Below, piece by piece: positions 13,190 to 26,181 of a stretch of 64,000 bases of DNA. Below the pieces are notes generated by a model. That model had not been told where the DNA came from. It saw nothing but the letters and a program-made list of their open reading frames with translations, and did not search any database. Each line of letters opens with the position of its first letter. Position 1 is the stretch's first letter. This DNA is from Felis catus (lineage: Eukaryota). The position numbers and the translations under genes were made by a program. The DNA lies in the NCBI RefSeq assembly GCF_018350175.1, contig NC_058368.1, positions 219,048,001 through 219,112,000 on the forward strand, read 5' to 3'.

Positions 13190-14959
13190 AGAATGATGGT
13201 CCACTAGATATTATCAAAGGTATTATACTAATTTGGATATGAGCATGTTCTTGTTAGTGAAATATTAATCAACAACTTCTCATTGTATTCTATCATTTTG
13301 TCTGTTGCTTATTCTTTGGAAGAATGCGAAAAAATGTCACCTCAAACACGTTAGTTGCTATGAGGTATAGGATATCATACATGCTAGCATTTTTTTCTAT
13401 GTGAAAGATAAGAGTATTGGTTGAGTATTCAGTAGAAGACATTTCATCAGATCTTTAATGAAAAAATGACAGAATAACCCATTACCATTGCTCTTTAATC
13501 CTACAGTATAGGAAACCAAATATCTACAGGTGTTTGTTTGTTTGTTTGTTTGTTTGTTTTGATCATTGAAATAATATGAAGCCTCAAAGTATGAATTCTC
13601 TGTATTGAGCAAAGTGATCAGTGTAGATGTTGGTAGGTCAGATAGCATCGCAAGAAACCAGGTCAACTCTGAATTAGCTCTTGTTACCTTCCCAACTTGG
13701 TTTTTCCCAATGAACTGGCATATGGGGTTGTTTTGATAATTGTCAACTCACTTGTACACTCTGCTTTTTCCCTCCTAGGACACAAATTTTCAGATAACTG
13801 TCTTATCATAGGAATCAACAAGTAAATGGAAGATTATGCCATGCTGTACTGTTTAGGTTTTATTGACTTAATATTATATTCATATTTCCTTCCATGTGAA
13901 CATATTATAAGAGAAAAATAGAAAATATATAGTGTATTAGTATCATGGCAATCATCACAGGAAAATCCTAAAAAAGCAGATCTTTTGTAAATGATGCACG
14001 AAGTTCGCACATACTGTTAACCTCTACATGAAACTACTCTATATCCCCGGAACAAAACAAAACAAAACAAACAAACAAACAAAAAACACCCTGAGACTAT
14101 AGAGTAGATTTTGAAATCAATATCTTTACTAAATGCACGAAAGATGAGCCATAATGGGAAGAACTAGACCATAGTTTGAACTTTGTGAAGCATGTACTGT
14201 CTAGTCAGATATTCCTCAATTCCCAAAGCACAGAAGGCAGTAGGAAGAGAAGGCACTTGCAAGTGGGTGTGTTAAATGAAATAAGAAACAAGGCACCCTT
14301 GTTCTTCTGCTTCTGTTCTGCTTCTGTTCATGCCTCAGTAAAACTTTACAGAGTAAATGTGAGGCTTTTTCCAATAAGAATAGAAAATATTTCTTCCATG
14401 CACAGGATGGTTAGAGCAACTGAACATTTTCCCTGTAATAATCTCCAGACTGAAAAGCAAGAGCTAAGTTGGAAGTTGTGGTCTTTCTATCACAAACCTA
14501 GGAGGCAAAAGGAATGTCGCATTCTGCTTCACCATGATATAATTATCTGCTTTAAGAGTTTGGATGTTAAGATGCTTAATTTGAATAGGCTATGACTCAG
14601 AGAGGTTTGGGAGGATTAGAATAAGCTGACCCTGCTAGTAGTGAGTTGATGCCTAAAGTCTTTCAGTTGGCTAGCATGGAAGCTTGGAGAAATAGATAAC
14701 TTGTGACACATGAGTTTGTTTTAACAAAGTGCTAAGACTATATTTGCAGCAGCACTAGGAGCCAATGAGCTGGCAGATATTCAATGAGAATAGTTTCTTA
14801 ACTGTATCCTGATTTTTGCAGGAAACTAGTGGTTGCAATGTGGCCAGATTGAGGGAAGCCTTTTATTAGGGATTATCAAAACAATTATATTTCCAAATAT
14901 ATCACTCTGAAAACATCCAATTAAAAATATATTTTACTGCCTTTATAAGCTACGTTTCT

Positions 14960-15145
14960 TCTTGTTTTTAATTTTTAATTTTTGGAGAGAGAGATAGAGT
15001 GGGAGAGGGGTAGAGAGAGGGGGACAGAGGATCTGAAGTAGACTATGTGTGGCAGCAGAGAGCCCCATAAGGGGCTTGAACTCATGAACTGTGAGATCAT
15101 AAGCTGAAGTTGGATGCTTAACTGGCTGAGCCACCCAGGAGCCTC
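14960..15145 (-). mobile_element. CAN-SINE
   Basis: Antisense SINE ending 'gagccacccaggagcctc'. Confidence 0.92.
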
Positions 15146-15497
15146 TATGCTTCTTCCTCTAATATCCAAGTTGGGACACAGTATCTTTCTTAGAGGTATG
15201 TTACCACACTCTATCCTGGGTATATGATTTGACACATAAGAAGCCAAATCACAACAAAGTAACCATGCGCCATCTGCCATAGGCTTTACAGTTCAGGGTC
15301 TAACACAAGGCAGAAAACAGTGGTCTTCAACAGGATTAACACAAACCCTACTATTTAGCCTGGGGAAAATCCCTCTCAGACTCTGGTTGTATGGCTCAGG
15401 AAGCAATAAAAGATTATGATCAAATAATCCTAACAAAAATCAATCTGAATGTTACCAGAAAATGGTTCTGTTGTACACACGTTAATAATTGATCTTA

Positions 15498-15714
15498 GGG
15501 GGTCCCTGGGTGACTCAGTTGATTAAGTGTCTGACTTCAACTCAGGTCATGATCTTGAGTTCACAAGTTTGAGGCCCACATTAGGCTCTGTGCTGACAGC
15601 TCAGAGCCTGGAGCCTGTTTCAGATTCTGTGTCTTCCTCTCTTTCTGCCTCTCCCCTGTCTGTACTCTGTCTCTCTCTCTCTCAAAAATAAATAAACATT
15701 AAAAATAATAATAA
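15498..15714 (+). mobile_element. CAN-SINE (SINEC_Fc)
   Basis: Full SINE; perfect TSD taataattgatctta at 15483-15497 and 15715-15729. Confidence 0.96.
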
Positions 15715-16524
15715 TAATAATTGATCTTATGTAATCAAGCACAGATTTGTCCTAAATGTCTCTATGCCTAGGAAATGGCCTCTAGTTTTTCAAGATTATG
15801 GATGTTCATGCCTTCAAGTCAGAGAGATCATGCACTGTGCACTAATATTTATTTAACTGTGCTAAGCTATATTTTCAGTTCTTTGTAGTCTTGTTCTCTG
15901 AGTCAGGAGCCTAAGCACTGTGGAGCAATCACCTGTTTTGCCTTACTGCATAGATTTGTTTGACTTTGACCAAAATGACACTATTCAGGAGTTTACAGGA
16001 CAGGGAAGGAGTAAGGTCAGGATATTTCTTCACTTCTGTCTTCCATATTTATTTGCAACAGTGCTGGGACTCCTCATCGACTACTCCTTTCTCTGATGGG
16101 CCCTCCTCATTTGCCAATGAGTTCTTAGAAAGAATATGTAACAATGGGATAAGTGAATATATTACCTAAACTACTTATCTTTAGTGTTATGTGATTCAAT
16201 AAATTAGAGAGTTGATTGATGATAGATCATTGCATCATTAATTAAAAATAGCATAAGTGTAAATGGACTCAAATAGCCCTCAAAGCCAAATGTTAATTGC
16301 AAACAAATGTTCCTCAGATTCCCAGGGTACTTATCCCTGATGCTACAGTGTTTTCTTTGATTGTTTGTTTGTTTTTGTTTTGTTTTTCAAATGATCCCAA
16401 AGGCCTCATGAGGAATTCCATAAGATTAGTTAATGAATAATGAAAATGTAGGTCTTATTTATGGAGGGCATAAGCAGAAGTGCGTTTTTATTGTATTACA
16501 GCCAACGTGACTCAGGGGTCACCT

Positions 16525-16988
16525 TGTGCTCTGGTTCTCCACAGTGCTATAACAGACAACTCCAAAATAATAATCAATTCATCACACTTCATGGTTTTAT
16601 TTGTCAGGAATTTGCAGGGCTAAGCTGAGTGAACCATTTGTTCTATGTGGTACTAATGAGGGTCATATGATGGTATTTATCCAGTGGGTTGTCCATCCGG
16701 AATGTCTAAAGTGGCCTCACTCACATGCCAGGTGATTGGGTGTGTGTAATAGGAAGGCTACATTAAGCTGGGGTTGTCAAGTGGATGACCTAATTATGAC
16801 ATTTGTAGCTTGGTAGCTTAAGGAAATAGAACTTTTAATACGGTGGCTTAGGGTTCCAAGACTGGATATTCTCAGTGAGTGGATCAGAAGTCATTTGGCT
16901 TTTTAGAACTTACCCTCACAAGTCACATAGCAATGCTTCTTCTGCATTCTATGAAACAAATCATTCACAAGCCTGTCCAGATTCAAAC
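16525..16988 (-). mobile_element. MaLR LTR, MLT1H-like (partial)
   Basis: 'gtcaggaatttg...aagtggcctcactcacatgcc...cggtggcttagggttccaag...aagtcacatagcaatgcttcttctgcattctat...gcctgtccagattcaa'. Confidence 0.75.
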
Positions 16989-18159
16989 AAAGTGCTTGCT
17001 CAAAAATACTTGATCAAAGTGCTTCTACAAGCACAGTACTTACTCAATAACTTCAATCAACATCATGGTATCTTTTACAACCTTTTCTTTTTTTTTTCCA
17101 ACTCCATGGCAACTATCATAATTAGAGAAGTAGGGCGATGTGATCATGCCCATAGATTTTGATGTGTTCTATGACTCTAGGAGACCACATCCTGATTTAA
17201 GGCATATACTACATTTAATCCTATAAGATACGGAGTTTGGTTTACCAGGTGCCGGTATTTGGTTATCCGTTTCTCAGAGTCAAGGGTGAAAAATCAACAT
17301 TATACCTAATAACACATAGGAAGGATAACTTTCCTCACATCTCTGTGAGTTGAGTATCTGTGATCCTGTGGTTTTAATGCCCAGGGGGTGAATAATGTTA
17401 CCAGAGAACAATCATAATTATATGATTATGGATATAATTATATTCCAATTAATATATTGGAAATAGAGGCTGCTCTAGTTAGGTTATTTATGCCACTACA
17501 CCAAAAGGCAGAGAGTGAGATTATTGTACTCTCTAAGGTCCTCCTAAAGGTGATTTCTACAGGTCAGAGTGGGAAGGTATGGATTCAAGTGGCCAAATAT
17601 ATTAGAAGCACAGACTTATGTTTGGAATCTAAGAGATTCATTGGGATGCCGATTAAGACGTCTTTGTCTAATAACACTCCTCAGCAGAACATTATGACAA
17701 TCTCATAATTACTCAAGGATTCAAATCATATATGTATACATTCACGTACATATACATCTTATACATATGTGTGTGTATACACACATATAAATATCCATTT
17801 GGATGAAGAATCTAGTTCAGTCATCTGCTGAGATAAAGTAAAGGGAATATGAAACTAGTGATATGATACAGTAGTTTTGATTTTTGGCTTAGTCGTCAAG
17901 ACCCACTACAACAGTGGGGATCAAGCTTCTTTATATTATTTTTGTAGTCCATATTCTCTTGTGTATCTTGCTACCTTATGTGCACTACTATGATGGTACA
18001 TAATAATTTAGAGTTCAGGTGAATAGTGATAAAGTCACCTGAAAATGAATGGTGACATTATCTTAGAATGAGACTTTGTGAATCTTCTATGTTCATAACA
18101 CAATGTACATCACCTCGAAGAAGGAACAAATTGAGTAATGAGGAATAAAAGTGGTTGAC

Positions 18160-18265
18160 TCTTTACTTAATTTGTTTTAATTTTGCCCCCACAGATCCAA
18201 GGTCCACTATTTTATACCATGGTTTTTGCTTCTTGAAGCAGATATATACAGACCACCAATATCAA
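18160..18265 (+). mobile_element. Start of an ERVL-type (LTR33-like) LTR following the PPT
   Basis: 'tttgcccccacagatccaaggtccac' directly after the purine tract; truncated by L1. Confidence 0.4.
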
Positions 18266-20045
18266 CTATCTTTTTGACAAAGACACTCCACAAACAAGGA
18301 ATGGAAGGGAGCTTTATCAATCTTATAAAAGATGTCAAGAGAATACACACAGCAAATAGCATACTTGATGGTGAAAGAGTGAATTTTTCCCTAAGATCAG
18401 GTATTAGACAAGGATTTTCCTCTCACCACTTCTATTCAGCATTTTATTAGAGGTTATAGCCAGGACAGTTAGGCAATAAATGAATGAATGAATGAATGAA
18501 TGAATGAATGAGTGATGCCCAGTTTGGAAAGGAAGAAGCAAAATTCTATCTGTAAATGACATGATTTTGCATGCATAAAATCATAAGATTTTACTCTAAA
18601 AAATACTCAGAAAATCTATTGGAACTAATAAACAAGTTCAACAAGATTGTAGAATGTAACACAATATACAAAAATCAGTTGTATGCCCATACACTAAAAA
18701 GGAATATTCCAAAAGTGAAATAAACATGGTAATATCTTTATAATTATACTTTAAAAATACTTAGGAATATATTTAGCTAAAAGAAATGCAAACCTGTACT
18801 TTGAAAACTCCAAAGCATTGTTAACAAAATTTTCAAAAGACCTAAGTAAACAGAAGACAACCCATGTTTAACAAGAAGACTTAATACAGAATGTTGATAC
18901 ATCCCCAAATGATCCACAAATTCAGCACAATCTCAATAAAAATAGAGTTAACAGTTTTTTGCAGCAATTGACAAGATGATTTTAAAATTCATACAGAAAT
19001 GCAGAGGGCCAAGAATGCCAAGACTATTTTGAAAATAAAGAGCAAAGTTGGAGGATTTGCACTTCCTGATTTCAAAACCTACTTTAAATCTAAAGACGCC
19101 AGTTCATTACTAGGATAAATATAAATGTGAGTTTAATGGAACAGAATTGAAAGTCCAGAAATAAGCCCGTATACTTATGGCTAATTTACGTATGGCTAAA
19201 CAATAAAAAGACAACTCAAGTTTTAAATAGGGCAAAGGATTTGAATAAGCATGTCTTTAAAGAACATATACAAGAGACCAATAAGCACATGAAAAGATGC
19301 TCAATATATTTAATAATCAGGGAAATGCAGATCAAATCCACAACGAGATGTCAATTTACACCCATTAGGAGGACTAGAAGACAGACAAAAACTAGTGTTT
19401 TTGATAATGTGGGAAAGTGGAACCGATATGCCTTGCTGGATTATGAAATGTTGCAGCCACTTTGGAAAATAGGTCAGGAGTTCCTTAGAATGGTAATGAT
19501 AGAATCACTGTCTGCCTCAGTAGTTCAATTCCTAAATATATACTCAAGAGAAATAAAAATGAATGTCCACACAAACATAATTTTTTATAATGGCATGATT
19601 CCTTATAGTCAAATAATGGAAGCAACCTAAATGTCCATCAAATGTGCTATATCCATACAATGGCATATTATTGAGCAATACATATGGATAAATATCAATA
19701 CATCCACAATATGGATGTACTTTGAAAACATTATGTAAAGTGAAAGAATCCTATCACCAGATATCATACTGTGTGGTCCATTTACATATAATCTCCAGAT
19801 TAGGCAATTCCATAGAGATGAAAATTAGATCAGTGGTAGTATAGGGCCAGGGGAAAGGAGGAGGGTAGGAAGTGATGGTTAAATGGATAAAGAATTTATT
19901 TTGGGTGTAATGAAAATGTCCTAAAACTATATTGTGGAAATGTTTGCACAACTCTTGACTTGTACAATTTAAATGGGTGAATTGTATGGTATATGAATGA
20001 TATCTCAGTAAAGCTGTTGTTAAAAACAAAACAAAACAAAAAAAC
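18266..20045 (+). mobile_element. L1MB-like 5'-truncated LINE-1 (ORF2 remnant plus 3' UTR)
   Basis: ORF2-like peptides (LRSGIRQG, KHMKRCS..LIIREMQIK) in the ORF track; 3' end 'gaatgatatctcagtaaagctgtt' then A-rich tail. Confidence 0.88.
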
Positions 20046-20121
20046 TGCCTATTAGTTACATCTGCTTAGGGATCCTAGGAACATCACAGACTGGACTTGT
20101 AAAGTTTTCTGTAAATCTACA

Positions 20122-20896
20122 AGTAACAGGTACTAAAACACCCTCCCCAAATGGCCACATACTAATCCTTGGAACCTGTGAATATGTTATATGGAAAAAG
20201 GAACTTTGTAGATGCAATGAAGCTTAAGGATCTTTAGATGGAACAGCATCTTGGACTATCCAAGTGCACAATATAATCACATGGGTCCTTAAAAGCTAAG
20301 AACCTTTCCTGCCTGAAGTCAAATATGAGAAAGATGTGACTATAAAAGAATGGTCAGAAATTTACAATGTTGTTGCTTTAAATGTAGCAATATTCGTAGT
20401 GATAATCAGGTCACAGTGATAAGAAGGAGAAATGCATAACTATTACATTTCTATAATTCGTATTCTTACTAATGAACACAGATTTGAAATGTAGCTCATC
20501 AAAAGGATTATGGGATGAACTTGTGTGGTTTTAAACCCTAATTTTTCAATTTTATAATGGTAAAAATAATGTCTATTTCACTGAGTTGTTTTGACAATTA
20601 AATGAGACAACATGTGTAAAGCATCTTGTATTTTTTTCTAACCCATGATATGTAATTAGTAATGCTCATTTCCACTCAATTAAAAGAAAAAAAAGATGAA
20701 AATTATTTTCTGGGAACTAGAGGAAGCAAAGGAAACAGATTCTCTTGTAATATCTCTGGAAAATAGTATAGCTAAATCGAGACCTTGATTTTAGCCCAGG
20801 GAGGTTTGCAAAGAACTTCTGACCTATAGCACTGTAAGAGAATTAATTGATGTTTTTGTAAGCCAACATGTTTATGGTACTCTGTGACAGCAGAAG

Positions 20897-20931
<35 letters not shown>

Positions 20932-20935
20932 AAGA
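20122..20935 (+). mobile_element. MLT1D-like LTR split by a ~310 bp insert (20380-20692)
   Basis: 5' part 'ctaatccttggaacctgtgaatatgtta'; 3' part 'aaggaaacagattctc...accttgattttagcccag...ttctgacct...actgtaagagaa'. Confidence 0.78.
20500..20665 (+). mobile_element. MIR fragment (inside the MLT1D insert)
   Basis: 'ataatgtctatttcactgagttgttttgacaattaaatgagacaacatgtgtaaagc' MIR core. Confidence 0.65.
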
Positions 20936-21162
20936 AAACCTAATGCTACTCACAGTTTTACATCACAGTAAAAAAAAAAAAAAAAAACACCACAATCCAA
21001 CTTTAACTAAAATGGAAATATTAGGAGCCATCATCCATTTCTCTTTTCATCCTGTTTGCCGGCTTAGATCTCAAAACTGTCCAGATACTTGGTCACATAT
21101 ACTATTATTTCTTACCAAAACCAGTAATCAAAAAAATATTTTCTATTAACACCCACCCGCAT

Positions 21163-22015
21163 AATAAATATTTTAGTCTTTATGAATCATAGGGTCTCTG
21201 TGGCAACTACTGAATCCTTCCATTATCGTTAGAAAGCAGACATAAACAGTACTTACAAAGTGAGGATGGCTGCATTCCAGTAAAAGTTTATTTACAAAAA
21301 TAGGAAGTGAAAAAGTGTATCTGCACAAAAATTGGCACACCCATGTTTATAGCAGCTTTTTTCATAATTGCCAAAACATGGAGGGAAACAAGATGTCCTT
21401 CAGTAGGTGAATAGTTAAATAATTGTGTGCATTCAGACAAAGGGATAGCATTCAGTACTAAAGAAATTAATGGGCTATCAACCCATGAAAAGACACAGAG
21501 TAAGCTTAAATGTATATTACTAAGATAAAGAACCAATCTGACAAGTCCATATGCCTGTATAATTCCAAATATAAAACATTCTGAAAAGGGCAAAATTATG
21601 AAGACAGTGAAAAGATCAGTGGTTATCAGGGGTTTGGGAAGGGAAGGCAGAGCACAGTGAAACTACTCTGTACGATACTATAGCTATGGATATATGTCAT
21701 TATACATATAACCCATAGAATGTACAGCACCAGGAGTTAAGCATAAGGTGTACCAGGGACTTTGGGTGATAATGTTGTGTCCGTGTAAGTTCATCAAATA
21801 TAGCAAGTGTACCACTTTGGTGGGCTATGCTAATAATAGCAGAAGATATGCATGCATAGGTGCAAGGGATATGTGGGAAATATCTGTACCTTCTTTTCAA
21901 GTTTTCTGTGAATCTAAAACTGCCCTAAAAACTAATGTCTATTAAACCTTCAAATGAAACAAAAAAGGAGTAGGTCAGATTTGGCATGTAAGTCATCATT
22001 TGGTTATTCTTGGTC
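21163..22015 (+). mobile_element. MER58A-like hAT-Charlie MITE split by an L1
   Basis: 21163-21308 'aaatattttagtcttt...gtctctgtggcaactact...cattccagtaaaagtttatttacaaaaatagg'; resumes ~21966 'ggtcagatttggc...tttggttattcttggtcta'. Confidence 0.7.
21310..21965 (+). mobile_element. L1MC1-like 3' fragment
   Basis: 'acaagatgtccttcagtaggtgaat...gaaactactctgtacgatacta...tgtgaatctaaaactgccctaaaaactaatgtctattaaa'. Confidence 0.85.
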
Positions 22016-22089
22016 TAAACTAAAATACACTGTCATCTGTTATACACAGAATTGCAGAGTGTTATTTATTAAATATATCAGTGATTTTC

Positions 22090-22289
22090 TTTTTTAAAAA
22101 TGCTTATTTATTTTTTAGATAATTTTATTTGAGAAAGAGAGAGAGTGCACATGAGCAGGGGAGGGGCAGAGGGAAGGAGAGAGAAACTCTGTCAGCACAA
22201 AGCCTGATCCAAGTCGCAGATGAATTGAACTGTAAGACCTGAGGAGAAATCAAGAGTCAGACACTTAACTTAGCCACCCAGGCATCCCC
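22090..22289 (-). mobile_element. CAN-SINE
   Basis: Antisense SINE; TSD atca[g/a]tgattttc at 22077-22089 and 22290-22302. Confidence 0.9.
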
Positions 22290-22399
22290 ATCAATGATTT
22301 TCAAATACACCATTGTGGGCAAGACACAGCCTCTTCCACTTCTACTCTATCTCCAAACTCTTATAATTTCTTCCCAGTTTCTGGTTATGCTGAACACAA

Positions 22400-22780
22400 A
22401 CTTGTTTATTTCAGTTGTTTCCTGCTCCAGGACCTTTTTCTCCTGCCATCTTCTACCCCACACATACTTTACTCACTGGAATCTCTTGCTTAAGTCTTAT
22501 TTGTCAGCTTATATATCACTAACTTAGAGAAATTGTCCCTATACAGTTAAGTCCGAATGTTGTCTTCCCAGATATGTGTTTTCTCAAAAAACTCTTTCCT
22601 CCATGATGCATTGCATAAAGTATTACCATTTGTTTGTTTCCCGCTCCTTTTTTAATTTTTTTCCACCACTGTAAGATAAGGTGTAAAAAGAAAGGGGTCG
22701 TGACTAGCTTTACGCCCCTCCACCTCTCCAGTGTTGAGTACAGGGTCAGTAAGCATTTGTTGAATACATGAGTGAATTAA
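22400..22780 (+). mobile_element. L2 3' fragment (degenerate)
   Basis: Terminal 'cagtaagcatttgttgaatacatgagtgaat'. Confidence 0.5.
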
Positions 22781-23229
22781 CAAGCTTCACGGTTAAAAGG
22801 TGACAGGCTGAGTGCCATAATAGGCTGGGAATGACAATTAGATGATAGGAATATCTCCAGAATCCCCAGCAAACATATCTGAGTTAAGGTAAAACTCTTA
22901 GACCTATCATCAGTACAGAAATCATTTGCTCTACCTCTGTCATGTAATATGAATTTTTTTTCAGTTTTCTGAGAAAGTTAATACTGGAGTAAACTTGAAG
23001 TATTACAATGGTGCAAGATTTGTGGCAGTTATTTGTTTTTTGGTTGTTTTCTCCCCTCTTTATTTGTTATGTAATTAAGGATCAGAAAAAGCCATTTTGG
23101 CTCAGGATGTCAGGGTGAGGAGGAATCTCTGCTAAGAAGGTGACAGAGATGAGAGATTGGTTACACTGAAAGAATAGATCAAATAAATAAAGTTGAAAAA
23201 ATAAAAAAAAAACAAAAACAGGAGGCAGA

Positions 23230-23467
23230 TTTTTCAATGTCAGAGAATGAGTTACAATATAGAATATGAATAAACAATATGAATATTGATATTGGATTGA
23301 AATTGGATGTACTGATAATGAAATAATGGTTTTCAAAATATAGAAATAAATATTATGTAAATGCATCTATGTATGTGTAATGTAGATATTTAGAAGTATA
23401 AATTTTACATTTATTATATATATCTATTATGTGTATATATGCACACACAAATAAATTACTATGTCTG

Positions 23468-23519
<52 letters not shown>

Positions 23520-24068
23520 CCTATCAAGACAGAGAATGATCCTTTGAGAGAAGCAATGAGGACACTAAGTGCCCAGATTTTGGTTGTCAATACGGTTGTA
23601 CATTGAAAAGAAAAGAATCAGGGTTCCCTGGAGATATAGCTGATTCCAAGGCTGGAGCAAGAAAATTATAAGATGATTCTGGAATATATTGTGCCAAAAA
23701 GAAAGAAGATGCTCAAAGAATGGCGTGAACATGAAAATAATTACTGTGCTAACTGTATTATAACCACTGAATAAAAGAGAAAATTATTAGTCCATATTGA
23801 TATAAATAAATTAGCACATTTATTGGAAGATATATGAGCTATATACATAGTTTCAAAGAACGTCACTACAAAACACTTAAGAAAAATTTGTGGAGAGTAT
23901 CTTTCTAGGAGACAAGACTGGCTGGCCACACCTTAATCAAATAAGTAATCAGTGTGAATATCATCAGGATAAGTCAAAAGCATACATCACCTGAGAAGAT
24001 GCAATGAGAACGCAGCATCACTTTGTTATATGCCCACCAAAGAAGTACACCTTGAACTTTACCATGAG

Positions 24069-24099
<31 letters not shown>

Positions 24100-24420
24100 C
24101 AAAACCCAAACTGAGGGATATTCTAGAAAGTGACTTGTAATCATCAGAATCATGATCATGTAAATCTAAGCAAAAGGAAGAAACTGCTCAACACTGAAAG
24201 ACCATAAAAAGATATGTCAACTCTATGGAACCTTCATTCTGAACTGGGTCATTTTGCTACAAAGAATGTTATAAGAACAAGTGTTGAAACTTAAATAGGG
24301 TCCAAAGATTAGATAGTAATAATATATCAGTGTTAGTTTTCTGATATTGGTGGTCATATTGTGGCTACTTAGGATAGTATCCTTGTTTTTGAAAATATAA
24401 ACTATATAGTTTGTGAAGGA
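23230..24420 (+). mobile_element. L1MC3/L1MC4-like 3' UTR
   Basis: 'agtgcccagattttggtt...gaatcagggttccctggagatatagctgattccaaggctgg...aagatgctcaaagaatg' motifs. Confidence 0.75.
23465..23525. repeat. (TCTA)n tetranucleotide microsatellite
   Basis: Direct reading, ~13 units. Confidence 0.95.
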
Positions 24421-25437
24421 GGAGCTTGTATTAAGGTATAAAGGACAAATTCCATAGTTAGGCTTTGCATGAAGCAATATTAAATCTGGTGTCACTGCCC
24501 TATACTTTCTACTACTTACAATTTCCAAAATCAATCAGTCTTTTTTGTGATTTTATGCACATCTAAAATAATAAAATGGGTAAAATGAACTTATACACAA
24601 TGTTATTTTAAGGGAAATATTCTAGGTACTTGAAAAACTTAAAAAGTGAATATTTTAAGATGCAAGTTTAAAATGCAAGCCGTGAACCATGGCTCGTAAA
24701 TTAAAATCATTATAGTTAAAGTTAATATATTAGATTAATATTTTCACATGTGAGTATGAATAACATCACTGAACATTTTGACATCTGATTTTATTATTCT
24801 CTTGTAGTTATTCAATTTGTAATTATTCCAAAATATTTAAGATCAATTTTATTATTTTCAGAAAGCAATTTTCACTTGAAAATGGGAAGGAAGAGAAAAA
24901 TATGATTCAACATATTAACATTTTGTGATTAAAGCAAACATTTATTGTTTATATATGATATGTATGTTCTTATAATTTTGTCTGGGAAAATTATCTGTTG
25001 GCCTGATAAAAATCAAACCAGTAGCTGAATTGCTTTTACTGAATTTAAATTTGATTTAAAAAATCTTTCCAGGTACAATATAGCAAAATTAAATAATTAG
25101 ATATATGGCATATAAATGAGTAGAAAGGAAGAATTGTCAGTTTGTCTCTGATAAATCCTTGGATTTCAGCCCCTTCCTATGATTGACATGACTATTGATA
25201 CGGCTTACTTGGAGATGGATAGTCCAGTGTTACCTAATCTTTCAGAATTCCAAATTGGAGTACAAAGAGCATAAGAGATATGATGTCCTTTCTATATCAT
25301 AAAATGTAAACATGCCAATGTAATCATTACTGAAGTCATTTATGGAAGTTTGCCAAAAATCAGACTTCTAGAGGAATTGAGAATTACAGCTATCGTATAT
25401 AATGGTTCTTATCACTTTCTGCCCCTAAATTATAAGA

Positions 25438-25565
25438 CAGTGTTTTAAAAACAAGTGTTTGGGGTCCACCTGCACAGATTCAGTTTTACATGGTCTAAGG
25501 TTGAACCCAGGTATTAGGATTTTTTTTTAATAGGCCCAAGATGATGCTAAATTTGAGAGGATTGG
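25438..25565. mobile_element. MER5-like DNA transposon remnant
   Basis: 'cagtgtttt...gggtccacc...gattcagt...ggtcta...cccaggtatt...ccaagatgatgctaa...tttgagaggattg'. Confidence 0.5.
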
Positions 25566-26181
25566 GCAACAGTATTCTACAAAAATGATCTTTAATCAGA
25601 AAGCTTCAGGGAAAGGGAGAAATCAGTGTTTTTTAGAGCATTGTTTAGATATTTGATTTTGACAGCAGGATTTGGAACATTATATTAGGTGGAAGATAAA
25701 GGAGACTGTACACCCAATTCAGCCAAAGCATCTATATTTATTTGTATGTGTATTTTTCTTTCAAAAGAATTCTTCTATTAAATATCTTTTCAAAACACTA
25801 ATTTAATTCTACCCCATGAGAGTCCCAGAGATGTGAAATATCTTGGCTTGGCAAGATCACAGAGATAATTTGAAATGCTATGAACAGGTTCTGCAGGGAA
25901 TTAGTCATATAGTCATGTTTTATACTTTTATTTTTCTCTCAAATAAGCTAATTACAATGATGTTAATTATTGCTGAGTTTTAAAAGTTAAGTTTTAATAA
26001 ATCAAAAATGATTAAATATTTGAGGAATGGTTGTCTTGGGATTTTTTGAAAATCAAAGAACTTGAATTTTGCCTGAAAGTCAAATGATAAACCCCACCTA
26101 GTGTCAACTTGCTGAAACTGCATTCACAGGATACCTTGATTGTAGGAAGCCTGAAATCACAGGTTATCTTTACAATTGTTT

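Larger units (their letters stand above)
14480..18160 (+). mobile_element. Decayed ERVL-class internal region (gag trace, integrase, dUTPase-like), interrupted by two SINEs and an MLT1H-like LTR
   Basis: ~14660-14715 SFSWLA/EAWRNR resembles ERVL gag GWL.E.W.KRWP; ~17050-17160 NQHHGIFYN...REVGRCDHAHRF resembles HRHGIPHS...KEVRQWAHAHGI; 17370-17540 resembles the ERVL dUTPase-like region; PPT-like 'gaggaataaaagtggttgac' at ~18140. Confidence 0.6.

Noticed and set aside
13750..13830. Possible small exon (polypyrimidine tract plus AG at ~13778, GTAAAT at ~13822)
   Set aside because: Weak donor, no recognisable peptide and no partner exons; such signals are common by chance
14176..14595. 139 aa ORF as a gene
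   Set aside because: Non-ATG start, no known domain; lies at the edge of the decayed ERV region
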